DNA of 64,000 bases from Fibrobacteria bacterium (GCA_037447435.1 JBBIGR010000002.1:96001-160000), one strand, 5' to 3'; shown: positions 9,893 through 20,125, numbered from the stretch's first letter. The notes: generated by a model from the sequence alone, not told the origin. Numbers and translations: made by a program.

Positions 9893-11497
9893 CTGAATAC
9901 CAAACATTTTTTCCTTTTTGGGCTTTTTATTTTGCTCGCCTCGGCCCTAGCCATACCCCCGGTTTTCGCATTGGATTTATCAGATTATAAAAACCTTTCC
10001 AAATTAGCATCACAAAACGGAAATACGGATGAGCAACCATCCTTGGAGTCGCAACCCGATAATTCCATAGACCCTCAAACCTATTATATCGGCGGCGGCG
10101 ATGTTTTTTTAATATCCGTCATCCAATCGCCCTCAATTCATTTTACCGGAACGGTCAACGAGAATTGCGACATATTCATCAGCGATTTGGGACTTATAAA
10201 AATCGGAAAACAAACGCTTGCCCAGGCGAAAATCACCCTGAGCGATTTCGTCACCTCAAAACTCAACAACCGGTATTCGGTTTACGTTTCCCTTGTTAAG
10301 GTAAAAACGTCGGTGGTCACGGTCAGCGGCGGGGTGGCAAATCCCGGAACGTTCACGTTAAAGGGAAATGTCAGGATACTCGACGCAATACGAATGGCAA
10401 ACAACAATGCGATACCGGCATTAAACGAACTTGATTTTCGGTCCGTGCGCTGTTCCAATCGCGACACGGTAAACAATTACGATCTTTTTTCGTTCTTAAA
10501 ACAGGGCAATCTGACCCAAAACCCTTATGTATATCCCGGGGACAACATCTTTTTATCATTTGCAAAGCAACGGGTTTTTATTGTCGGCGCCATTAAGTCC
10601 GCAACGTTCGGCGATGTCCCTATTCAAAACAACGAAACGCTTTCCGGTTTTCTTTCCCTGTTCACCTTCGAAGAATCGGCGGATTCGGATCATATCGTTG
10701 TGGAAAGAACGGATTCCAATGGGAAAAGCGAATCGCGTATCATGTCGGTCCGCGAAGCGCAAACCTTTACCTTGCGCGACAAGGACCTGATCATTGTTTC
10801 TCAAAAGAAAAATTATCCGAAAGTCCTCACCGTATCCGTTGGCGGCGAAATTGCCCGCCCCGGGCTTTACCCGTTGCTTAAAAACGTTTCAAAGGCCTCC
10901 GACATTATCGAATTGGCCGGCGGCCCCACTCCCGAAGGTCAAATTGAACGGGCATATGTGATACGACGGAAAAAAATGCTTTCCGACGAATTCAAAAAAA
11001 ATGTTGCATCGGTAAAGCCTTCGATAACGGGCGGGACGAGCGACAATTCGGTACGCCCCGAAATAAACACTTCCCTGTTTCATATGAACACCGCAAACGA
11101 CTTTGCCGTGCTGCGGGCAAGCGACCATTCCGAAGGCATTCTCCTTGAACAAGACGACGAGATCTTTATCCCCAAGCAAGAACATTACGTCTATGTCTCG
11201 GGAAGCGTCCGCATACCCGGAGCGTATGCTTTTGTCGCGGGGAAAAACAAAGAATATTATATCAATCAGGCCGGCGGGTTTTCCTCGAAGGCGGATCACA
11301 CGAACACCTCCATCGTCGCGTATTTCGGCGAAGTCCAGCAAATCAAGGACAAACAGACCGTCGAACCCGGCGATATCGTGGTCGTTCCCGACGCCGTGCA
11401 ATACAAATTCCTGACCAGCGTCGTGCTTCCCATTATCGCCACTGCCGCATCGGTGGTTGCGACATTGCTTGTTTTGTCTACCAATATAAAATGGTAA
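9893..11497 (+). CDS. SLBB-domain polysaccharide export protein (Wza/KpsD-like); probable CTG start
   Basis: Poly_export Y.IG.GD motif, repeated V.G.V..PG.Y SLBB units, C-terminal hydrophobic helix; AAGGAG 6 nt before CTG 9893. Confidence 0.8.
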   Translation: MNTKHFFLFGLFILLASALAIPPVFALDLSDYKNLSKLASQNGNTDEQPSLESQPDNSIDPQTYYIGGGDVFLISVIQSPSIHFTGTVNENCDIFISDLGLIKIGKQTLAQAKITLSDFVTSKLNNRYSVYVSLVKVKTSVVTVSGGVANPGTFTLKGNVRILDAIRMANNNAIPALNELDFRSVRCSNRDTVNNYDLFSFLKQGNLTQNPYVYPGDNIFLSFAKQRVFIVGAIKSATFGDVPIQNNETLSGFLSLFTFEESADSDHIVVERTDSNGKSESRIMSVREAQTFTLRDKDLIIVSQKKNYPKVLTVSVGGEIARPGLYPLLKNVSKASDIIELAGGPTPEGQIERAYVIRRKKMLSDEFKKNVASVKPSITGGTSDNSVRPEINTSLFHMNTANDFAVLRASDHSEGILLEQDDEIFIPKQEHYVYVSGSVRIPGAYAFVAGKNKEYYINQAGGFSSKADHTNTSIVAYFGEVQQIKDKQTVEPGDIVVVPDAVQYKFLTSVVLPIIATAASVVATLLVLSTNIKW

Positions 11498-11499
11498 AA

Positions 11500-11568
11500 T
11501 GCAGTTCACCGACATTTTGTGCATTTCACGGAATTCCGTTTGCTGCACGTTGTCGGGCATTGTAAATT
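11500..11568 (+). promoter_or_regulatory. 20-bp-period direct repeat (putative LytTR box) plus -10-like TAAATT upstream of the exbB operon
   Basis: TGCAGTTCACCGA-cattttg-TGCATTTCACGGA; matches 26657..26689 at 27/33 nt. Confidence 0.6.
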
Positions 11569-11637
11569 TTAGTCGCATACGGAAAAGAATAGCCGGTTAT
11601 TATTTGTGAAACTGTTCCAATTTTTAAGGAGTCTTCT

Positions 11638-12270
11638 ATGATACAAACCATTGCAACGTTTTTTAATTCCGGCGGCGCTTTCATGTGGGTCATTCTTGCC
11701 GTCGGCGCAATGGCAACCGCGGTTGTCCTCGAACGTTTGATTTTCTACTTTATCACCTGCAATGTTTCGGGGCCTAAATTATTGCAAAAAATCGCCGCGG
11801 CATTGCAGAACGGGAAAACGGACGAAGCCAAGGACCTTTTAAAAAAAGGCAAGGCGCCCATGCATGTTCTTGTCCGCACCGCGCTCGAACGTTATGGCGC
11901 AAACATGAGCGTCGCCGACATCGAGGAAGGCATCAGCGAAGCGGCGATCATCGAAATGCCGAAAATGATCCAACGGCTCAACTATCTTTCCCTTTTCGCC
12001 AACATCGGAACCTTGCTCGGTTTGCTCGGTACGATTTCCGGTCTGCAAGGTTCGTTTTCATCATTGGCCTCGGTGGAGGCCTCCAAAAAGGCGACCATGC
12101 TTGCCGCAGGTATCGCCGAAGCCATGAATTGCACCGCGTTCGGCCTTATCGTAGCCGTGCCCTGCATGTTATTGTATACATTCTTATATAACAAGCAGGC
12201 ACAATTGACAAAAAGCATAGACGACACGGTCATCAAACTCCTCAACCTGATGAAACGGCTTAAAGCATGA
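11638..12270 (+). CDS. exbB: MotA/TolQ/ExbB proton channel protein
   Basis: TLLGLLGTISG, GIAEAM.CTAFGL.VA.P. Confidence 0.88.
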   Translation: MIQTIATFFNSGGAFMWVILAVGAMATAVVLERLIFYFITCNVSGPKLLQKIAAALQNGKTDEAKDLLKKGKAPMHVLVRTALERYGANMSVADIEEGISEAAIIEMPKMIQRLNYLSLFANIGTLLGLLGTISGLQGSFSSLASVEASKKATMLAAGIAEAMNCTAFGLIVAVPCMLLYTFLYNKQAQLTKSIDDTVIKLLNLMKRLKA

Positions 12271-12767
12271 AAACGCTTTCGCTTTCGTCTAAAACCTTTG
12301 TCCCGTCCGATGCAATGGATGCGGAAATCGACATCGACGTCAAGCCGATGATGAACGTTCTTGTCATTCTCATTCCGTTCCTCGTATCGGTTTCCGAATA
12401 CACGAGGCTTGCCATTATCGACATGTCGTTGCCGCCCAATATCACCAGCGTGGGGGGGCAAGGATCATCCGAAAAACCGAAGGTAAAGTTGACTGTCGTG
12501 TTGGCGCCGCAATATTGCACCATCGTACTCGGTGAAAACATTCTCGATTCGATTGCCCGCAAATCCGACGATTATTCCTACGATACGCTGTCGACCCTTT
12601 TGGCCAAACGGCGCGCCGCGCTTGAGATAAAAGACGAAGTCATTGTTGCGCCGCGCGACGGCATTCATTTCAAATACGTCGTTCATGTCATGGACGTATG
12701 CAAAAAAGTCGGGTTCGAAAAGATCAATTTGGCCAGCGCCACCGAAAACCCAAACGCCGGACAATAA
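12267..12767 (+). CDS. exbD: ExbD/TolR family protein
   Basis: ID.KPMMNVLVILIPFL TM segment; V.VMD..K..GF tail. Confidence 0.85.
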   Translation: MKTLSLSSKTFVPSDAMDAEIDIDVKPMMNVLVILIPFLVSVSEYTRLAIIDMSLPPNITSVGGQGSSEKPKVKLTVVLAPQYCTIVLGENILDSIARKSDDYSYDTLSTLLAKRRAALEIKDEVIVAPRDGIHFKYVVHVMDVCKKVGFEKINLASATENPNAGQ

Positions 12768-12769
12768 GC

Positions 12770-13243
12770 GTGCCCTTATTCAAGAAAAAATCATTAGCGC
12801 CGGTCGATCATTTCGGCGACACGTTTAAACCGCAAATGACGTCGCTTATCGATATTCTCACTTTGTTATTGGTTTTCCTGATTCAAAGCTTTTCCGCCGA
12901 AGGTAATCTGGTTACCCCGTCCGCCGACCTTCAGCTTCCGCTGTCGTCGTCGAAAAAGCCTCCCAAGCCGAGCCTTATGCTCGAATTGACAAATACCGGA
13001 ATCATCGCCGACGGGCATCAGCTTGCCGATAATAAAACCTTTGCCGCGGCAGGCGACTTGACCGTGAAAAACGTTTACAATTGGCTCATCGCACAGAAAA
13101 CCCGATTGGCTTCCACAGACGCCGACAAAAAAATCATACTCCAATGCGACAAGGATTTGGAGTTTAATATCGTCAAACGGATCATGTACACCTGCAGCAA
13201 GGCGGGCTTTACCGATTTTTCCGTCCTTGTCATCGAGGAATAG
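12770..13243 (+). CDS. exbD: Second ExbD/TolR family protein
   Basis: MTSLIDILTLLLVFL; CDK...F..VKRIM.TC..AG; GTG start at 12770 inferred. Confidence 0.83.
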   Translation: MPLFKKKSLAPVDHFGDTFKPQMTSLIDILTLLLVFLIQSFSAEGNLVTPSADLQLPLSSSKKPPKPSLMLELTNTGIIADGHQLADNKTFAAAGDLTVKNVYNWLIAQKTRLASTDADKKIILQCDKDLEFNIVKRIMYTCSKAGFTDFSVLVIEE

Positions 13244-13247
13244 CATC

Positions 13248-14045
13248 ATGCAACCCCAAAACGCCTCCCTGCAACAAATCCTCGTCCCGCCTCCGCAAAG
13301 CGGCCAAAACAATGTATTCACCGTTATTTTTATCATAACCGTTCTGGCATTTTTGGGATGCGGGCTTTACCTTAAAACCATAAAGCCCGTTCCAAGCGCG
13401 GCGTTCGAGGAAAAAAAAGCGGTTATGACCCAAACGCAATTCCTGATCGCCGAGAAGAAAAAAACACCGCCTCCCAAACCGAAAGCGCCCGAGGTAAAAA
13501 AGGACGCGCCAAAGGAAGTCATAGACCTTACCAAGGCTCCTTTGCTTAATCAGAAAACCGATTTCACGGCACCCGAACAACCCAAACAAACAACGGCGCC
13601 GGCCCGGCCGGTGTACGGCCTCAGACGCGTCTTTTCGACCGGATTCGGGGCCGGCGGCACGGCGGGCGATGCGGTGATCGGCAAAGTAGGAAATACTTTA
13701 AACAAGGATGTCGACACGGTCCACGCAACAAAGCAGGATCTGAAAGGAACCGTTGTTTCGATTTCAACGGTATCGACCGCTCCCCGGTTAAAACACGACG
13801 TTAAACCGCAATTTACCAAAGAAATGATAGCCGCCAAGCTCGAAGGCGTCATCAAGGCGGAATTGCTTATCGATATCGACGGTAAAGTCAAGGAAGTAAA
13901 GATACTCAATGATTTGGGATTCGGCACGAAAGAGAAAGCATTGGAAGCGTTTTTGCAATGGGAATTCGACCCTGCCATGCGCGACGGCAAGCCGGTTGCC
14001 ACCTGGATTTCATATTCCATTCGTTTCGTTCTTTTGCAGGAGTGA
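13248..14045 (+). CDS. tonB: Energy transducer TonB
   Basis: N-terminal TM, P/K-rich linker, TonB_C (EG.I...LLIDIDG.V..W.F.PA..DG.PV). Confidence 0.87.
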   Translation: MQPQNASLQQILVPPPQSGQNNVFTVIFIITVLAFLGCGLYLKTIKPVPSAAFEEKKAVMTQTQFLIAEKKKTPPPKPKAPEVKKDAPKEVIDLTKAPLLNQKTDFTAPEQPKQTTAPARPVYGLRRVFSTGFGAGGTAGDAVIGKVGNTLNKDVDTVHATKQDLKGTVVSISTVSTAPRLKHDVKPQFTKEMIAAKLEGVIKAELLIDIDGKVKEVKILNDLGFGTKEKALEAFLQWEFDPAMRDGKPVATWISYSIRFVLLQE

Positions 14046-14047
14046 TC

Positions 14048-16843
14048 ATGCTATTTAAATCCGTTTGTAACGTACCTCGAAAAGTATTGCCTTTAATTTG
14101 CGTTTTAGCAACAATTTTAATGGGGCAGATATCCGAAACAGTACCGGCAAAAGGAAAGGCCGACGCCGGGGCAGCGGCATCGCAACAATCGGTCCAACAG
14201 CAGCCGGACAGCCTTCCGGCCATCGATTCCATGCCGCGGCTTTTGGAGTTTATCAAAGCCGATTATCCCGCAGATTGCGTAAAAAAAGGCATTGAGGGCG
14301 AAGTCGTGCTCGACCTGGTGGTCGACACCCTCGGCATCGTCGACTCATGCGCTGTTGTCAAGGGACTTTTTCCGGCCCTCGATTCAAGCGCATTGCATAC
14401 GGTAAAAAAATTCCGTTTCAGGCCTGCGCTTGCGCAGGGTTTTCCTATTCCCGTGATCATGCAGTACGCCTATCGGTTCAACCTCGATGAAATCGTCCAA
14501 AAAATCCAGCAATACGTCAATTTCAAAGGAAGACTCCTGGAACGCGGAACCCGTATACCCGTCCGGGATGCGACCGTTGTCGTCGCGTTTCCCGATTCAT
14601 CGGCCGATCATTCCCTTTCAATTCCTTTTTCCGCGTATTTAAAAAAAATCGGAAGCTTTCCTAATCAGCATTGTGAAGACAAGACCATCATCACCACTAC
14701 CGATTCCTTGGGCAGGTTCGAATTCACCTCGCTTCCGTCGGGCCCGATCACCGTCAAAGCAATATATCCGGGTTACGAACAATTGAAAGAAGAGGAACGT
14801 CTAAAAGCCGGCGAGCAAACCGAAGTTACCTATTATATCCAGCGGTTTTCGTACGGAGAAAACGAAATCGTCGTATACGGGAAAGCGGAACAAAAAGAAG
14901 TCGCGAAGCGGACTCTCACGCTTAACGAAGTAAAAAAGGTTCCGGGGTTTGGCGGCGATGCGGTCAAGGTTGTGCAGGCGTTACCCGGCGTTGCCCGCGC
15001 ATCGTTCATGAGCGGCGCCATTGTCGTACGCGGCGCAAGCAACGCCGATTCCCGGTTTTACCTTGACGGCGTGCAAATCCCGGTGTTGTTTCACTTCGGC
15101 GGCCTCAAATCGACCTATAATTCCGATGCGCTCGAAAGCGTCGATTTTTATCCCGGAGGGTTCGGTACCCGATACGGTGACGTGACTGCGGGCGTCATAG
15201 AAATCAAGGGGCGCCAGGCAAAAAGCGACCGCATCCATGCAACGATTGACGCCAATTTGTACGACGCGTCTTTTATGGTCGAAGGCCCGGTTACTAAAAA
15301 TATTTCCACGTTGCTCACGGCACGCCGCAGTTTTATCGGCGATATTTTGAGCTGGGTGATACGAAAGATCGATTTACCGGTGTCCGTGGAACCTTATTAT
15401 TACGATTATATCTGGCGTACCGATTATACTCCTTCAAAAAATCAGAAGTTTTATCTTACGCTTTTCGGATCTCAAGACGAATTGCAGCTCATAACCCGTC
15501 CGATACGCGGCGGTTTGCCCAATGTCGGCGACGGTTCCGACCAGGTAAACCAGAAAACGTTTTTCAATATGGGGATTGCGGGTTGGGACTGGACCGTATC
15601 GCCGTCGGTGAAAAATTCGTTCACGTACTCCTTGACTTATGGCGACAAATACCTGTCGGTTTTCAACTTTGTCAAAAGCGATCAACGGGCATGGATACAT
15701 AACCTGAGAAACCAAACTGCACTTACGCTTTCACCGGATCTTACCATGAACGTCGGTTTGGATGCGCAGGTGTATCCTGCAAACTTTTACCTCGATATGA
15801 TAACCGCTGCGGACACGGTTTCCAAGGATACCGTCAACAACTGGGTATTCGGCGACATCGGGCCGTATCTTAATTTCGACTGGAAACCGTTGCCCGCGCT
15901 TGAAATAATTCCGGGCATTCGATACGACTATTACCCCGAACTTGATTATAGAGGCGGCATTGTTCCGGCATTTTGGGACTACGCACATATCGACAATCAT
16001 CAAGGTACCTCGGGCGAACCGTCGTTGCGGTTGACGGTAAAATATAAACTCAACGAAAAGCATTTGGTGAAATTCGCACTAGGCAATTACAATCAGACGC
16101 CGCAACCGCTCGGCCAAACCATCATGGAAAAATGGGGCGACCCGCATTTGCCTGCGACAAAGGCGGCGCAATATGTTGCCGGATACGAATGGACCATGTC
16201 GGACCTCATCCATACCGATATTGAGGCGTATTATAACGACCAGTGGAACATACCCCGGTCCGTCACCAGCCAAGACATCGCTTCGGGTTCGCAAAAAGGG
16301 TTTTATGCAGACCAAAACGGCCGGATGTACGGCCTCGAACTCATGCTCAAACACGATCAAGGAAAGCACTTTTTCGGCTGGATAGCCTATTCACTTTCCA
16401 GAAGCGAACGCCAGGACCCGTTTACAAAACAGTGGAGCCTGTATTCAAAAGACGAAACGCATAACGTGCAGTTCGTCGGCAGTTATCGCTTGCCTAAATA
16501 CTGGGAAATCGGCTGCCGCGTCAGATACGTCACCGGCGATCCCACCACCCCCATCGCGGGAATCGGATACAATGAAGGAACGCAAACCCCGCGGTTTTTT
16601 GAAATTTTCGGTCCAAAGAACTCGGCGCGGCTGGACCCGTTTTTCCAGCTTGATTTACGTATAGAAAAGAAATTCATGATGAAAAACTGGATCCTGACGT
16701 CATACCTTGACATCCAGGACTTGAGCTATTTTGTTTATAAAAGCCCGGAATTTTACACCTATAATTTCAGATACGATCAAAACACCAAAACGCCGGTCGG
16801 TGCGATAATTTACCCGTCTGTCGGGCTTTCTGCGGAATTTTAA
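14048..16843 (+). CDS. TonB-dependent receptor with N-terminal TonB_C and carboxypeptidase-regulatory-like domains
   Basis: Signal peptide; YP....KKGIEGEV.L..VVD..G..F.F.PA domain; plug (LPGV..RG..DG); beta-barrel ending LSAEF. Confidence 0.87.
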   Translation: MLFKSVCNVPRKVLPLICVLATILMGQISETVPAKGKADAGAAASQQSVQQQPDSLPAIDSMPRLLEFIKADYPADCVKKGIEGEVVLDLVVDTLGIVDSCAVVKGLFPALDSSALHTVKKFRFRPALAQGFPIPVIMQYAYRFNLDEIVQKIQQYVNFKGRLLERGTRIPVRDATVVVAFPDSSADHSLSIPFSAYLKKIGSFPNQHCEDKTIITTTDSLGRFEFTSLPSGPITVKAIYPGYEQLKEEERLKAGEQTEVTYYIQRFSYGENEIVVYGKAEQKEVAKRTLTLNEVKKVPGFGGDAVKVVQALPGVARASFMSGAIVVRGASNADSRFYLDGVQIPVLFHFGGLKSTYNSDALESVDFYPGGFGTRYGDVTAGVIEIKGRQAKSDRIHATIDANLYDASFMVEGPVTKNISTLLTARRSFIGDILSWVIRKIDLPVSVEPYYYDYIWRTDYTPSKNQKFYLTLFGSQDELQLITRPIRGGLPNVGDGSDQVNQKTFFNMGIAGWDWTVSPSVKNSFTYSLTYGDKYLSVFNFVKSDQRAWIHNLRNQTALTLSPDLTMNVGLDAQVYPANFYLDMITAADTVSKDTVNNWVFGDIGPYLNFDWKPLPALEIIPGIRYDYYPELDYRGGIVPAFWDYAHIDNHQGTSGEPSLRLTVKYKLNEKHLVKFALGNYNQTPQPLGQTIMEKWGDPHLPATKAAQYVAGYEWTMSDLIHTDIEAYYNDQWNIPRSVTSQDIASGSQKGFYADQNGRMYGLELMLKHDQGKHFFGWIAYSLSRSERQDPFTKQWSLYSKDETHNVQFVGSYRLPKYWEIGCRVRYVTGDPTTPIAGIGYNEGTQTPRFFEIFGPKNSARLDPFFQLDLRIEKKFMMKNWILTSYLDIQDLSYFVYKSPEFYTYNFRYDQNTKTPVGAIIYPSVGLSAEF

Positions 16844-16859
16844 AAGGAGATTTTTTCAT

Positions 16860-18110
16860 ATGAACAGGCGCTCTGTAAAATCGACTCTTTTTGCCGTGCT
16901 GGCATCGGGAATGCTTTTGTTTTCGTGTACCCAGTTCCCCACGCAATTCGGCTATATCGGCCCCGAATACGTGCAAACGGTAGGATTCGTATTCTCTCCC
17001 ATGGCGGAAGGCGCACCCGGAGACACGTTGCATCTCACCGCGCATTTTGCAGGGCAGGCCGTACATTCCTTTGCCTGTAGCCTGTCGACGCAATACAATC
17101 TCAGCATTTACGGAAACGACACGGCAGTGAATTTCATACCGCTTGTCGATCCAAACGCGACATTCGGGCCGGATTCAATTTCATTGTCTTTTGTAATTCC
17201 TCAGAATTTTTTCGCTTCTTCGGGTCCGCTTATTCTTGCGGTACTAAAAGACATTCCCGATTCCGTTAAAGCAAAATTCAACTTGGATTCCGAATCGCTT
17301 AAAAGCGTGCCCGTATCGCAGCTTCCTATTTTCGCCGGACTGTTTTTAACCACAACCGATTTTTCAAAATCCGATACCGCAACAGCCAAAATGATGGCCC
17401 ATCTGATTGAGACCTTGTCCGGCCAAATGGTTTTGCACTGTGCGGTGAACGGCGGGTATACGATAATCCGTAACATTACCGTGCGTTACAATTCCCATGT
17501 ACGCGGCGATCCGTATGTCTATATCAACCACAACCCGGATCCCCAGTGGTTCGCAATGTATAAGGTGAAAAAAACCGGAAAAGTTTCTTACGATCTTCCT
17601 CATACGGAAAACGACACGTTGGTCTGCATTTACAAAAGCAACAACCTCGATTCCTCTAAAATAGCAGGACCAAGACTATTTACCGACACGGTGCTTATCG
17701 ACACGGGATATTCATATTACATGATGGGCGACACGGGAATATTTATTTTCGACAGCATTACGCCGGGCGGGGCCCATGTTACCGCAACCGATACGACACT
17801 CGACAAATCTTTTTCTTTCGACAACAGAATCACCTATGAACGTTACGGTTACACCTGGTTTTACGAGCCCGACTCCACAACACTCCCCGGTGTTAAGCCG
17901 GAAAATTCGGTAATTATCGGCAATTCCGGCGGCAATGTTTCACAGTTTTTGCCGCCGCTCGATACGGTTGTACAAAAAGTCAATCTCTGGGTCCGCGCAT
18001 CGGACGTTTCCGACGGCGAGCTCAATCGCCCTGTTGGGGTATCAAGCAAAAAGCTTTCTTTGGTATTGAAGTACACGGCCGCTTATGCGGCAAATGTCCA
18101 GAAGAAATGA
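16860..18110 (+). CDS. Hypothetical lipoprotein of the TBDR operon
   Basis: Lipobox LLFSC; SD AAGGAG; 16 bp after the TBDR. Confidence 0.75.
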   Translation: MNRRSVKSTLFAVLASGMLLFSCTQFPTQFGYIGPEYVQTVGFVFSPMAEGAPGDTLHLTAHFAGQAVHSFACSLSTQYNLSIYGNDTAVNFIPLVDPNATFGPDSISLSFVIPQNFFASSGPLILAVLKDIPDSVKAKFNLDSESLKSVPVSQLPIFAGLFLTTTDFSKSDTATAKMMAHLIETLSGQMVLHCAVNGGYTIIRNITVRYNSHVRGDPYVYINHNPDPQWFAMYKVKKTGKVSYDLPHTENDTLVCIYKSNNLDSSKIAGPRLFTDTVLIDTGYSYYMMGDTGIFIFDSITPGGAHVTATDTTLDKSFSFDNRITYERYGYTWFYEPDSTTLPGVKPENSVIIGNSGGNVSQFLPPLDTVVQKVNLWVRASDVSDGELNRPVGVSSKKLSLVLKYTAAYAANVQKK

Positions 18111-18134
18111 CGAAGCAGGATCTGTTTGTATCTC

Positions 18135-18157
18135 CCCTCTCCATTTTATGGAGAGGG
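18135..18157. terminator. Hairpin between convergent genes
   Basis: CCCTCTCCAT-ttt-ATGGAGAGGG. Confidence 0.5.
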
Positions 18158-18170
18158 TGCAAGGCCACTT

Positions 18171-18473
18171 TTAATCGGGATTTTTTAAAGCTCTTTCAAT
18201 GTCTTTCCATATGTCGTTCAATTCGTATTCCACGACATCCGCAACCGCGACCCAGTCTTGATTTTTAAACATTAAGAATATCGTCTCAAGCGAATAATTG
18301 AATTTTTGCAGCAGTCCCTTGGGAATGCGTGCCAGCATATTCCGCATGTCGGTATTTTGAAGCAGGGAAAGGAAACCGTTCAGGGTTTTCGCAGCATCGC
18401 CATAATCCCCGCGCCTGCAATGCGGGCCCAAGACCGCAAGATATGTTTCTATTTCATGCAAACTGTTTTCCAT
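18171..18473 (-). CDS. Small helical hypothetical protein, possibly flagellar-glycosylation associated
   Basis: 100-aa ORF with DWVAVADVVEYEL motif, reminiscent of proteins in flagellin glycosylation loci. Confidence 0.6.
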   Translation of the reverse strand: MENSLHEIETYLAVLGPHCRRGDYGDAAKTLNGFLSLLQNTDMRNMLARIPKGLLQKFNYSLETIFLMFKNQDWVAVADVVEYELNDIWKDIERALKNPD

Positions 18474-18490
18474 TTAATTAAATTACTATC

Positions 18491-20125
18491 ATGCGGCCAA
18501 TGCTACAACTATTTACGGCAACTAACGGCAGTACGTCGGCCCGTGTCTCATTTGAAAACGAGGTGGTGCGCCATCTTCATTCCACCGTCGATCCCGATGC
18601 GGAAGCTGATTTATTTCAAAACATCGAGTTCTTCGGAGACATCATCGTTTTTACCGGTATCGGGCTGGGCTGGCACCTCAGGAACGCCTTGCCGAGGCTC
18701 CCGGAAAAAGCGCTTTGCATTGTTGTCGATTTTTTTCCCGAATGCATTTCATATTGTAAAGACACTTACTTTACGTTTAAACCGAATCCCGTCATTTACG
18801 TCTCTTCTCAATCCGGTTTGGGGCTTAAAACGGCCCTTGAGACGTTTTGCGAAACCACTCCAAATCCGCGATTGCAATACATCAAGCATCCGGCTTCTTT
18901 CTTTTGTTGTAAAGAATTTTACACGGACATCATGGATACGATTTCATCGTCGTGCATCCGGAAAAGCCCGGCTATCCCTCGTCCGGGTAAAAAAGCGGGC
19001 TTGTTTTTCGGCAATTTCTTTCTTGAAAAGGAATTGTCGAATGCGTTTGCCGCCGAATCGGTTGTCACGGCGCATTTTGAATATAACGACTATAAAAGCA
19101 ATTTCGATTTTGAAACCGCCTATTCAAAATTTATCCAAACCGAAAATCCGGACTTTATCATTTCCGTCAACATGAAAGGGTTCGATGCAAACGGTGAGGC
19201 GCTTGCCGCCGCGGCACGAAACGGTATTCCGGTTGTCGTATGGTTTGTCGACGATCCTCGGCCGATTTTGCTGTCGCACAAATCGGCAATCGATAAAATC
19301 GCCGTTGCATTATGCTGGGAAAAAAGGTTCGTGCCTTTTTTGAACCGACTCGGTTTTGCCAAAGTCGAGTACGTTCCGTTGGCCTGTGATCCGTCCCTTT
19401 TTTCAAATTCCCGGTCTTTAGGCCCGCAAACGTCTCTGGGGTTTGTCGGAACGGCGATGGTCGATGAATTTGCCGGAAAGATCAAAGAAAAATTCCTTTG
19501 GTCCCAATCATATTCGCCTCTCGTCGAGCTTCTCAGCGATCAAATCATCGCAACCAAAGACGTGCTTTTTTCCGATCCCCTTGAAAAAGCCGCCGCGTCG
19601 CTCGGAATCCGATTGAAATTTTCCGACGAAAAAAATATGACCTGGCTCATTTCCTATATTACGCATTTCGCAAGTATGAAAAAACGGAAAAGCCTTTTAC
19701 AGCCGCTCATGGCTTTAGGACTGGAAACATTCGGCGATCCCGACGGTTGGAAGGCTCTTTTGGGAAATTCGGTAAAAACACATAACAACATCGATTATCG
19801 GCACAATATCTCTTCCGTATACAATTCAATCGCGGTGAATATAAATATTACAAGCTGCCAAATGCCTTCTGCGGTCAATCAGCGCGTATTCGACATTCCC
19901 ATGGCCCACGGTTTTGTATTGTCCGATAAACAAAGCGATCTTCTGGAATTATTCGATATGAATGAAATCGCTTTTTTCGAAAACCAAACGGAACTTGTCG
20001 ATATGGCCGCGTTTTATCTTTCGCATGAAGTCCAAAGAAACGCCATAACCAACTCGGCTCGAAAAAGGATTCTTTCAGACCACACCTATGTAAATCGGGT
20101 AAAAAAAATCCTCAGCTTATTATAA
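18491..20125 (+). CDS. Glycosyltransferase (CgeB/DUF3880-like GT-B) with Maf-like N-terminal region
   Basis: LHS..DP..EA / GIGLGWH N-terminus; WFVDDP, VPLA.DP, INIT...AVNQRVFD, HTY.NR. Confidence 0.8.
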   Translation: MRPMLQLFTATNGSTSARVSFENEVVRHLHSTVDPDAEADLFQNIEFFGDIIVFTGIGLGWHLRNALPRLPEKALCIVVDFFPECISYCKDTYFTFKPNPVIYVSSQSGLGLKTALETFCETTPNPRLQYIKHPASFFCCKEFYTDIMDTISSSCIRKSPAIPRPGKKAGLFFGNFFLEKELSNAFAAESVVTAHFEYNDYKSNFDFETAYSKFIQTENPDFIISVNMKGFDANGEALAAAARNGIPVVVWFVDDPRPILLSHKSAIDKIAVALCWEKRFVPFLNRLGFAKVEYVPLACDPSLFSNSRSLGPQTSLGFVGTAMVDEFAGKIKEKFLWSQSYSPLVELLSDQIIATKDVLFSDPLEKAAASLGIRLKFSDEKNMTWLISYITHFASMKKRKSLLQPLMALGLETFGDPDGWKALLGNSVKTHNNIDYRHNISSVYNSIAVNINITSCQMPSAVNQRVFDIPMAHGFVLSDKQSDLLELFDMNEIAFFENQTELVDMAAFYLSHEVQRNAITNSARKRILSDHTYVNRVKKILSLL

